From a virus: a stretch of 64,000 bases of DNA. The stretch's first letter is position 1. Every line of letters begins with the position of its first letter. The translations under genes and the position numbers were made by a program. Where the stretch lies: positions 104,935 through 168,934 of IMG/VR virus record IMGVR_UViG_3300034111_001103. One strand, written 5' to 3'. The notes under the pieces were generated by a model. The model worked only from the letters and a program-made list of their open reading frames with translations. It searched no databases and was not told where the DNA came from. Below, in pieces: positions 38,201 through 45,120 of this stretch.

Positions 38201-41200
38201 AGGTTGTTCTTTAGATAGTAGGGATTGTATTTGATTTTTAAAATTACTTATTTGATTATTATATCTGTTTTCTACTTCTGATATTTTTTTGTTTACTTCT
38301 GCTAATTGTTGTTTTAGTTGGTCAAGTTTTGTGTTTTCTGATTTAGAATAGTAAACACCTTCAGAAACAAATCCTTCTGCCACATAGTCAATAGGATTTT
38401 CAATCATGTTTTTTAAAATACCTAAAGCCTCATCATAAGCATTTGTAGATATTCCTAAAATATCTAAAATATAATCAAAAAACCTTTCTACAAAATTTAA
38501 TTCTTTGTTTTTTAAAGCATCTGTAAAACCATCATGTGTAAGTTCAGCAAGTATTTCATGTTCATTTTTTGAACCATAAAAATCTTTTGTGTTAGAATCA
38601 CTCTGTAACTCTCTCAATAAATTAGAAAGTTTTTTAGCAGCATTAATTTGTTTTGGGGTAAGTTTATTTAAAACTTCTGTTTTGTTGTATTTAACAGCAT
38701 CTATTATGTAACTTGTAACACCGTGCACTAACTCATGTACAATAGTCCTTGCTGCTACATCAGGACTTGTTAATAAACTTGCACGATTAGCTACTTGCCC
38801 ATTAGAATATTCACCTTGATGTTCTTTTGCAATATTGTTACCTTTACCCTCAAGAAGAAATTTTGTAGGTATTTTTAATTTTTCTGCGACATTTTTTATT
38901 AAATTCCATATAAACTTAGTTTGTTTACTACCATGTTTTTGCACAAAAGCATCTAACTCATTTGCATAATAAACTTTATCTAAGTCTATCCCTAGTTCTT
39001 CAGCAGATAATTTACTACGTTCATTTATACTTTCATCTACTGCTTCCTGATTTTCATTTAGTTTATCTACTCTTGTACTGTTATCTTCAAAATATTCTAA
39101 TTCAGAAGGTCTTTTGTAAGTAGTGCTATTTCTTTTTTCTAATTCTTGTATTATTTCTTCAAATGTAAAATCAGTAGTTTCTACAAAACGGTTTAATACC
39201 CTTATATCTTTATCTGATAAATTGTTTAATTGTGAAAAACTATCAACTAATGCTACAATTTGGTTTTTAAAACTTTTTTGTAAAAATCTTATCTTTTTAT
39301 TAAGTTTATTAAACAAGGATATTTTATTGTCAGGAATAGAACCATCTTCATTTCTAAGATTTACAATTTCTTTTTTTGCATCTTCAATTTCTTGCGTACT
39401 AGTTTCCGAACCTTTAGTATCTTTCTCAATTTCAGCAATCTCATTTTCTAATCTTTCTTTTTCTTCAATTAAAGGTTGTAGCTCTTTTGCTTTAGCTTTT
39501 TCTGCTTTTTCTATTTGTTTTTCTAATTCTTGTCTTCTTCTTTCTATATCAGCTTCTTTAGTTTCTATAGTATTATCTACCTGATCAGTAGTAGTTTCTT
39601 CTTGTTCTATTCCTAAATCTAATAATATATCTTCATCAGAAGTTAAGACTTTTTCAGATACTAAAGAAGAGTTTATTTTAGTTTGTTTAGGAGTATTATC
39701 TTTTACTAGATCTTTGAGTTTTTTTAACCTAGAGTTTTTATTATTGTTTTGGTAACTTTCTAAATCGGATAAAAGAACTTGTTGATCTTTAAGTTTTCCG
39801 TCTTCTTTATATCTAAACATTACAAATCCTTTACCATCTTTAGGTCTGTACACTAATCTACCTTTAACAACTGTTTCCTTTCCCTTAATATCTACAGGAA
39901 AAGTAAAAATAGTATTTTTGTGATCATAAACAAATCCTTTAGGATGGTTTAATTCTCTGTATTTTTTTAGAGAAGATTTTGGTGTAAATCTTTTATTATC
40001 AAAGTAATTAGCTGGTACTTCTTTTTCTATATTATCTTCTAGTATTTTTAATTTACCATTAGGTAATTGTTCTAAGATAGTAACATCTTTAGTTTCAAAT
40101 ACTTTAGCTTTTTCTTTAGATTTAACAAAATTATAGACATGTAAAACTTCTCCTTTGTTATAAAGTTTGTTTTTTATTTGAATTTTATCTTCAGGAACAG
40201 GTTCTATATTATCTATAGCTTGAGCTTCAGTATTTATATTAGTTATTCTTTCTTGAAGTTTAGATTTTAATTCATCTATTCTTTTTATATCATCAGTATA
40301 AAGTTTTCTATCAGGATTCTTTTCAGAAGAAAACATTTCATTTGTAAACTCAAATTGTTTTTTGTATTCATCTAATTTTTTAATAACACCTTCCAACACA
40401 GGAATATTTATTGATTCTGTATCTAGTAATGCAAAAAATTCTGGTAAATGTTTAGAAAGAGCTTTAGTGGGATCTGCTTGAAATTCATCTCTAAATGTAA
40501 GAGCTTTCTTTTTAAGAACATCTCTTTCTTCATTTAACTGATTTATTCTATCAAAAGTTTCTTCTGAAGGAGTACTTACTTGAGATAGTTTAAATAATTG
40601 ATGAGTTAAGTTATAAAATTCATCTTCTTCTTTAGGATTTAATAAATATGGAGTATAAGGAAGAGAATCTTTTCTAGTCATTTTAACATCTGAATAATAA
40701 TCTTCTACTTTATCTACTACTTCTTTTCTATTTTTAGCTTCAGGAAATAGTTTTAATAAAGTTTTATCATCTACAGTATTTAAATATTGTCTAGCTAATA
40801 GTAGATATTGTTCAGGATTTTGATAAATTTCTGAAGTAAAGTTTGCTAAACCACTTTTAGCAGTATGAGATAAACCTCTATAACCACCCATACCCATTGT
40901 AGGTAACATAGCTAAAGTAGTATTCATTATGGTACTTAGAGTTTCTTCATAAGTTAGTCTATCATCTGCTTTGAATTTTAAATTATTTCTCTCTACACTT
41001 TTATCAAAAGGGGTATTGGCAACATTTCCTACTAATTCTTCTATACTTTCTTCCATAGGAACTTTTACTAAAGAACTAAATAAAGTTTCTACAGTAGATT
41101 TCATTACAGGAGAAATCATAGATTTACCTAATGATTGTCTTAGAAATTGTTTTAATACAAAATCTTTTATAGGTTGTTTTGAAAGAGATTTAAATAAATC

Positions 41201-43432
41201 ATATTCAGGAGTCCACCACATTTCTGTACCTGTTTCTATAAGTTTCTCTCTTTCTGTTTTAGTTAATGCAGCATTAAGACTATCTAAATCACCACTAAGG
41301 TAACTTTCAAAGTTTTGTTTAAATATTTCATCGTGCATTAATAATTGTCCAGCAGGTAACCTACCTACTTTATCTGCAAAGTATCTTACTAAACCCAATT
41401 GACTTTTAGACAGCAAAGCTTCTATTCCTGTAGCTGCACCTATTTCTGCTCCTGCTGCTGCTAACATAGCACTTTCTATAAAACTAGAAATACCTTCTCT
41501 AAATGCAGCTCTAGGGTTTATAGATTTAGACCATTTTATAGAACCATCTTTTCCTCTTACTATAGTAAAAGCTTGTACATCCTTAATTGCTTTAGGAACA
41601 TACATATTTATATTGTTTGCATCATTTTTAAATTGTGCATATGTTTTTAATACTTGTTCATCTTTAGAAAGAACACCTGTTGCATTTCCCCCAATAAGAG
41701 CATAATTATGAACAGCATTAACTACACCTACCATTCCACCTACAGTAGGTTTGGTGAAAGGTTGTACTATATCAAATTGTACAGAAAATTCTTTAGCTTT
41801 TCTTTCATATTGTTCTGTGGTTTCTTTAAAGTTTTTAAAGTCTTTAAAGTTTTCTAGTTCTATTTGATCTATTTTTTCTTTGACTTTATCCTGTTGATTA
41901 GCTAAAGTGTTATATTTTTGTATTTGATTGTCAATCTCTTGTAAACTTTTAGGATCTATTTGTTGTCCTTTTGCTTTAAATTCAGCAATAGATTCTTGTT
42001 TATATTTAGATAATTCTCCAGCATACTTAGTATACATTTTTTTATTACCTTCAGTAAGAGCCTTTAAAGTTTCTAATCCTGAAAGAGTTTTTTCTTGAAA
42101 GTCCACTACATTTATATCATAAAGATTTCTTAACCCACTTTTAGCTATAGCAGATTTAGCTCTTGAGTCTCCTAAAATAGAGTTCTCTTTCAAATATTCT
42201 TCTAAAGTTTGCCCATTATTACCTCCAATAAATGTTCCTTTTTTAGTAAACATAGAGTTTAAGGCAGATTTTAGTTCTGGATTGGTTAAAGCACTTGATT
42301 CATATCCTAATTTACTTGCTTTAAAAAGAATATCGTTATTGTTTTGAGCTAAAAATTTTTCTGGAGCTTCTCTTATTACTTTAGCTTCAGTATTATTTAT
42401 TATATAAGGTATAGAAGCTTTTTGATCTAAAGAAATTATTCTATTATTAAGATCTTCTTTTTTTCTTTCTAAAAAATGGATAGTTTTATCATACTTAAAT
42501 ATTCTATCTAGAGTATCTTCATACTCTTGTATTTTAACACTATTATCTTTACAACCTTCACCAACACAATCTTTGTATCTTCCTAAAGTTTGCTTTAATA
42601 AGTTTTGATTAATTTTACTTTTTTCTAGGTAGTCTTCAAGTTTATTTTTTTCTTCTAAAAAACCTTCTTTTATAGGAGCAGTAAGTTTAGTTATTCCTTC
42701 ACTTATTTCTTCTGTAGTTTTATTAGGGTCAAATAAAGTATCATAAAGTTCTTTTTTAACTTGATCTCCTTGTTTAAGAGCCATCATATACATCTCTTTA
42801 TTAGAAGGATTATTTAAATCTATATTAACTAAATTTTGTTTATCATCTACATAACCAGATTTTATATCATAAGTACCAAACATTTGTTTAAAAGCTTGAC
42901 CATAAAATAACTCTTCTACAGACATAGGTTCCTTTCCTTCAACAGAAGGGGGTAAATCACCTTTTAATCTTTTTTCTTCTCCTTGTCCAAATAATACACT
43001 TGTTTTAGTAGGTTCTATTGGAGCTTTAACATTTAAAGGATTAGGAATAATTTCATCATACATACTAGCATATTTCTCTACAGATCTATTTAGATTTCCT
43101 TGAGCTATAGTTTTTTGAACATTAGTACTTAAGGGTTTAATTATAGGAGAAATAGGTTTAGTAGTATCATTTAGATTTACATTACTAGCTTTAGTTTGTA
43201 AAGTCTTAATGTTACTATCTAGTTCTGTTTTTGGGTCTGTAGTAGATTCATAATACCTAGATTTAAAAGTATTTATATCTGGTAATTTTATGTCACCTTT
43301 TTGTAATTTACCATATAAACTATCTAAACCTTCTGGTGTAGAATATTTTGTTTTAAATGTATTATAGTCAGGAACTTTTATATTTCCTGCGTCTAATTTG
43401 TCATAAAGTATTTTTAATTTATCTTCTGGCAT
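29279..43432 (-). CDS. virion-packaged RNA polymerase (crAss-like, phi14:2 gp66-type) with zincin-like domains
   Basis: GFRIPTQ, catalytic GSDFDIDK (DFDIDK at 32030-32047), FVDIAN; HELVH (38723-38737) and HEAYE (36224-36238). Confidence 0.9.
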   Translation of the reverse strand: MPEDKLKILYDKLDAGNIKVPDYNTFKTKYSTPEGLDSLYGKLQKGDIKLPDINTFKSRYYESTTDPKTELDSNIKTLQTKASNVNLNDTTKPISPIIKPLSTNVQKTIAQGNLNRSVEKYASMYDEIIPNPLNVKAPIEPTKTSVLFGQGEEKRLKGDLPPSVEGKEPMSVEELFYGQAFKQMFGTYDIKSGYVDDKQNLVNIDLNNPSNKEMYMMALKQGDQVKKELYDTLFDPNKTTEEISEGITKLTAPIKEGFLEEKNKLEDYLEKSKINQNLLKQTLGRYKDCVGEGCKDNSVKIQEYEDTLDRIFKYDKTIHFLERKKEDLNNRIISLDQKASIPYIINNTEAKVIREAPEKFLAQNNNDILFKASKLGYESSALTNPELKSALNSMFTKKGTFIGGNNGQTLEEYLKENSILGDSRAKSAIAKSGLRNLYDINVVDFQEKTLSGLETLKALTEGNKKMYTKYAGELSKYKQESIAEFKAKGQQIDPKSLQEIDNQIQKYNTLANQQDKVKEKIDQIELENFKDFKNFKETTEQYERKAKEFSVQFDIVQPFTKPTVGGMVGVVNAVHNYALIGGNATGVLSKDEQVLKTYAQFKNDANNINMYVPKAIKDVQAFTIVRGKDGSIKWSKSINPRAAFREGISSFIESAMLAAAGAEIGAATGIEALLSKSQLGLVRYFADKVGRLPAGQLLMHDEIFKQNFESYLSGDLDSLNAALTKTEREKLIETGTEMWWTPEYDLFKSLSKQPIKDFVLKQFLRQSLGKSMISPVMKSTVETLFSSLVKVPMEESIEELVGNVANTPFDKSVERNNLKFKADDRLTYEETLSTIMNTTLAMLPTMGMGGYRGLSHTAKSGLANFTSEIYQNPEQYLLLARQYLNTVDDKTLLKLFPEAKNRKEVVDKVEDYYSDVKMTRKDSLPYTPYLLNPKEEDEFYNLTHQLFKLSQVSTPSEETFDRINQLNEERDVLKKKALTFRDEFQADPTKALSKHLPEFFALLDTESINIPVLEGVIKKLDEYKKQFEFTNEMFSSEKNPDRKLYTDDIKRIDELKSKLQERITNINTEAQAIDNIEPVPEDKIQIKNKLYNKGEVLHVYNFVKSKEKAKVFETKDVTILEQLPNGKLKILEDNIEKEVPANYFDNKRFTPKSSLKKYRELNHPKGFVYDHKNTIFTFPVDIKGKETVVKGRLVYRPKDGKGFVMFRYKEDGKLKDQQVLLSDLESYQNNNKNSRLKKLKDLVKDNTPKQTKINSSLVSEKVLTSDEDILLDLGIEQEETTTDQVDNTIETKEADIERRRQELEKQIEKAEKAKAKELQPLIEEKERLENEIAEIEKDTKGSETSTQEIEDAKKEIVNLRNEDGSIPDNKISLFNKLNKKIRFLQKSFKNQIVALVDSFSQLNNLSDKDIRVLNRFVETTDFTFEEIIQELEKRNSTTYKRPSELEYFEDNSTRVDKLNENQEAVDESINERSKLSAEELGIDLDKVYYANELDAFVQKHGSKQTKFIWNLIKNVAEKLKIPTKFLLEGKGNNIAKEHQGEYSNGQVANRASLLTSPDVAARTIVHELVHGVTSYIIDAVKYNKTEVLNKLTPKQINAAKKLSNLLRELQSDSNTKDFYGSKNEHEILAELTHDGFTDALKNKELNFVERFFDYILDILGISTNAYDEALGILKNMIENPIDYVAEGFVSEGVYYSKSENTKLDQLKQQLAEVNKKISEVENRYNNQISNFKNQIQSLLSKEQPTSTTQETPIIEITESSEETDDPTKDIKRIESEDDKLGIEQLFITTTSGHTIGQTGKESLKDNPQVTRLQTFLNNVEDIRQYELLALTEDNASNYGLSGIIFPSKESKDIKLVVVKKLGNGQIKFIGVDGKYLKDINPDTVIYTSMRLPKLTWNNGEENYHENSNSTEKTPENFQNEHIARRNNIIETIKKGKKKNITFPILYVTRGRPVEDAKKSFPITQSLDIKEPNTQIVIFPEKNKEGNFVIVHNKQEKSFPKGRPFVKVGTHLEFLENRRISPEDIDVVMAVLTKIGENKKLSLSQDKEEKIETSKENKKLFDFLSKILYIRNPEYTDKNGETVKQETPLGNNQIFFKTSPSFSIQIPKTSLLPLNTKGLPKIKNELNNRMIFHNIDSNGMMNEFIEYYLEKGKLLERKWATYQDYLISDILPNGNKRSNDEIPLKIKLNPSSETTPNKFGRMMVFKDDTKYAYVDTESFESANEDIPFSSEDGSYQLTNKDLIVNYTIKTVGEEKTVTIDKTFNSKLSNEVIKELIKSNIIELGVFAKESYSFKKIEPIVEKEPVVSEEKVEETNSNNIGFNESDISTTSENIKDFKLVDSEETDYEVEDIEKAEEYLDNVLPQIPLQSVEGLIDNVAWGQLKDKAILLSTLAKRGTIQHEAYEALQKHFLSPKRIERLREEFRNRKGSFIDYQTKKSVKYSEATDFQIKEELADEYMRYHLSKGKLKWDGEYYKNSWFKQLYNIILDLFLGNIESTFKNLSSGKYRKLRLKYNLNSLTKENKLADIELTNPLFYNDSMKSITALLFQFITDKGDSLGNLLKSDINIDNYYDEVRAFFEHIMSSPEERRNFFKEPGKYYTAVHNATLEETNEKFHDVQTSMLYILDNWDYFVKANKKYLGKYKIEFEDEELEENNPNKENKDKNDQFVNTLTINRKLNANLKIKLLVATLKDQYYSPVTRRVITRPNSLFLPTLVDYNKTFVQLMYALAPATNYTEMMDMLYDLTKVDAKFLPLINKLKLDEEVVDKATVELRNDFFIAFSNFKNTYYKLIVNEDGSSVNFVINEKDGINKLKNEWYEKLKSNKKVSVSQGHYVFNLGKPIPTLKTLDQYAQFAKDELGIDIRLKYTKYTSTEEDEILKLLSSIVNYTLSEKEGNIDNIITDSREFKGKFDKLAQLYNKYNPIYETTQHKNIEGEMVQNITLPSYITSINKIFNSISTKGELIDRLPHYAQTMLHSELFSPSGTKKGNITVGVTEGIEERQSDNTDASNKLSLSGRLALDFANGINNIYSIIVPADTKNEWVITYPKSVLSSASDKIYYLPIFINYFKAEVAKAQRESNLKQNTNQLGLFKEILSEKTLSNIDLSEGIETILLKNKEDIEKDLLTFFKERAKETENRLWINNLIVPIEGKKDEYRILLTPEGKEEKTVEGTFNKFKNISKEQIASIVYEEEVKYMINIFEQFNLFFLNPNEWKDPFKRIKQTTSGSQKVVYSAQYFNDYHNKNSNVAFIEEDTIGQESTESVELFPGDLGYVNHQEEFNVQVYIDPVVVSEEYEALKEILGEEEAKPYSELKEPDAQALAFLGGYSQIKRRANSWTEVDEAFKQYDDALCRSDMDLYPKAKKDKKRADALRALDKKIIAKGNPFFTIQAINKVREEQGLNPLPLPNMNILKPAYNGLKSDGTFEQHKYSVAPLIWSHIRYIDEATGEVKFSNAKDFYIKHYTNQTTYITFESANKVGQTKDTEELYKPNGTPNLNIKHKVLSWEWFGIQVETITQKMSTTLGTQLTKLGILNLMSNGVPKDFRKTNSHLSEEDLKTEWDSLSEEEKRTASNHYNLVRKNFEILAAMETKAINQFYKDFGGEVTIDPNTNRKVLTFNNYKKFEEKIQQELVNRDKPLNVKSLIRTNDQGQFILPFDTIISGTDTVENIINSIINKAILTPKIFGGQFPQIASTLFERNPRKKDSKTKKLYSGELKFYKNEDGKRICQVKLPWRYKELLGLENFDFSKIDKELLKGIGFRIPTQALNSVEHFEIVGFLDPSYGDAIMVPSEIVGKAGSDFDIDKLNLYLYNHKFNKQTGKLEKINFLNNTNSTVEERYKKLQKAQTFYEFLNSKEGYNYFKASLDTDSTKLISDIFGEDLSDSRIDLTKSYDENLEIAKQNSEEEKKSIPTFEEFKKLSIYEQNSKKALDNYYIDNLREIVQLEENFKQLVKPNSADPLENEANKIKELKERNQKKKAYHTSILSRLHNIVKRYSFLVGKEGVGIAASNQTLNAISQTIVSNIPVEFPFLFNTNVPVNDANTIYSLSQELNSKGERISDLISMFLDAFVDIANKPYIFDANGNLTTAGTYIAGVRLGIPLSTLVRFFNQPIIIDYVNLLIQNQGALVRLNKRNPKSKKEIQEQLIVKYKLPTDKEGRMITLDRENYTDQELEEFILSDKNPDFAINQATLLVQFRQLEQVAQDILTLSQGVNVDTTLDRSFDSTRVKLSKLKDALESSLGKTMFELYKTTHIGNLYEIKNTILKSFSELYLSENPVIRPFLNKLMNSVLQSKKSIDDIEKELKNIRKDLVTYLLHTLPITYGPLVDQTISSYYPTLFLNKDTNIANTIRQAQETYKGSSMFLSNIIGVNPVYLNKDDKHFQSRLLRKPEDSNESNQMTADLYNLSKKATTENLAKSIIIGVIAQNGVTNTPNSYNTLIPADAIENIMAQVLTQFREKLSPELQQQYIEDFVNNYYQSKWYDNKLVPIYQAPVYENRTKNIYRQQKVTKGDLEATVNIIQIASSKEITQKPYIKVKKQAINPKTGKYYTKVEKDAMVKRKDFSFNEIVLYKRLEVPNPITQEKDVPLVATKDNKGFLVTYFPVRKYGNRETSEYYNSNTDYKPSYINNESVQTLRPNMNENLLRNMKDTMPIYWDSELKSRYSFKSQDFLVSLQNMLDKLNNQQKLPFTQNQPTQSQESNITSEELGLNTNLSQKDAKCLQ

Positions 43433-43443
43433 TTTATTGTTTT

Positions 43444-45015
43444 TTAAACCCCTAAATCTTTTTTTTCAGAAGTTGAATTCCCATGAGATGTTGGAAAAGC
43501 TTTTTCTACTCCTTTTACAATATCATCTACAGGATATTCAACTGTTTTATTAAACCTATTAGGTATTTCTATTTCTACTGTATAACTTCTTTTTAAAGGA
43601 TTGTATTTAGCTTTAACTACATCATGTTCATTACCCATTATATCATGATAAGAATTCAATAAGTCAATAACAGAAGATTCATCCCCTCCAGTTATTGCAT
43701 CTTTAACAGAATACAAATCTGTTTTAATTTTTACTTTTTCATCTCCTTTCTGTGTTTCTAAATTCACAACTGTTTTCTTTTCAGACTCATCTTTTTGACT
43801 TGTACCTATTTTACCTTTTAAATCATTTTCTACATCAACAAGATTTCTTCTTGTACCATAAGCATCTAAAATAGGTATACCGAGTTTACTAGCTCTTTCA
43901 TAAATACTTCTTGCTATTGGATCTTTAATAGTAGATACAAATTCTGAATCTACTTTAGCTTTATAAGCATATACTTCTTTTTCTTTAGCACCTTGAGCAG
44001 CAATAATGGCTTTTTGGTTTTGTAGTTGTCTATACATTTCTTCTTGTTTAGACATATCAAATCCTCCAAAAGAATGAGAATTTTGAATATTCATTAAATC
44101 TTCTTTAAAATCATTCATAAATTCTTCTTTACGTAAAGACTTTAGTATTTCCCCATTTACTCCAGGATTATTTATAGCAGAACTATATTTAGATATATAA
44201 CCTTCAACTTCATACAAAGCTTGTTTAGCCATTACATTATTTGGGTCTTTATTAAGTATTTGTAATGCTTCATTTTTATAAGCAGATAAAGCATTTAATT
44301 TTTCTGTAGCATCTTGTAAACCTTCTGTTCCCCAATCTCTATCTGCAAATTGTTCTTCAAATTCATAATCTTTTAAAGCTCTTACATTAGGATCAGACAT
44401 CATATTATTAGTAATTAAACTTATTTCATTTGGGTCATAGAATTCATCTACTCTTCCTGTTTTAGGATCAAAACTTTTAATTTTTTTTAATTTACCTATT
44501 TCTTCTGTAAGTCTTTTTCCTATCTTAGGATCTAAAAAACCTTGACCAGTAAATTTAGTATCTCTTATGTAAAGTCCTTGGTTTATATATCTTTCTGCTT
44601 GTTTGAGGATACGAGAATAATATGTTTCTCCTTTAGCTAAAGCATCAGCTTGTTTTTTAGCTTCTATTTCTGTTACAGTACCTCTTTCAGCAATACCCAT
44701 AAAATCAGGATTACTTGTTACTTGTGAAATATATCCTTTTAATTGATTTAGAGTAGAAGGATTTCTAAAGTCATTATGAGAAATTTTAGATACTTGTTGT
44801 AATACTCCATCTATTATTTCTTGTTTCTTTTTAGTATCTTCTCCAGGAAGAGAAGGGATACTATACAGTTTGTCTAAAAGGAGATCATCTGCTTTTTGAA
44901 TATTATCTTGGATATTTTTATCTGTAAATAAAGCTCCTTTCAAAAGTAAATCTTCTGAAACTGGCGGCTTCCATTCTACTGGTTCGACTGGGGTGCTATA
45001 AGGGGTGAATGCCAT
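43444..45015 (-). CDS. virion cargo / ejection protein
   Basis: Directly upstream of the RNAP gene; helical protein with FTPY...W.PP N-terminus. Confidence 0.6.
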   Translation of the reverse strand: MAFTPYSTPVEPVEWKPPVSEDLLLKGALFTDKNIQDNIQKADDLLLDKLYSIPSLPGEDTKKKQEIIDGVLQQVSKISHNDFRNPSTLNQLKGYISQVTSNPDFMGIAERGTVTEIEAKKQADALAKGETYYSRILKQAERYINQGLYIRDTKFTGQGFLDPKIGKRLTEEIGKLKKIKSFDPKTGRVDEFYDPNEISLITNNMMSDPNVRALKDYEFEEQFADRDWGTEGLQDATEKLNALSAYKNEALQILNKDPNNVMAKQALYEVEGYISKYSSAINNPGVNGEILKSLRKEEFMNDFKEDLMNIQNSHSFGGFDMSKQEEMYRQLQNQKAIIAAQGAKEKEVYAYKAKVDSEFVSTIKDPIARSIYERASKLGIPILDAYGTRRNLVDVENDLKGKIGTSQKDESEKKTVVNLETQKGDEKVKIKTDLYSVKDAITGGDESSVIDLLNSYHDIMGNEHDVVKAKYNPLKRSYTVEIEIPNRFNKTVEYPVDDIVKGVEKAFPTSHGNSTSEKKDLGV

Positions 45016-45046
45016 TTTTGTTTAATGTTTATTTATTAATATAAAT

Positions 45047-45100
45047 AAAAAAGGTTTTTAATATTATCCTACAAATATAAGTAAAATAAGATTAAAAACC
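45047..45100 (-). terminator. intrinsic terminator superimposed on a promoter
   Basis: On - strand: GGTTTTTAAT-C-TTATTTTAC-loop-GTAGGATAA-T-ATTAAAAACC-TTTTTT. Confidence 0.7.
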
Positions 45101-45102
45101 AA
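45072..45102 (-). promoter_or_regulatory. Bacteroidota sigma-A promoter for cargo/RNAP genes
   Basis: TTG (45102-45100), 20 nt, TATATTTG (45079-45072). Confidence 0.78.
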
Positions 45103-45120
45103 TTTTAGTTTTAAGATAAC

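Noticed and set aside
19830-43432. Inteins or self-splicing introns in the giant genes
   Set aside because: Frames are uninterrupted and no intein splice-junction or LAGLIDADG motifs were recognised. The inserts look like folded effector domains.
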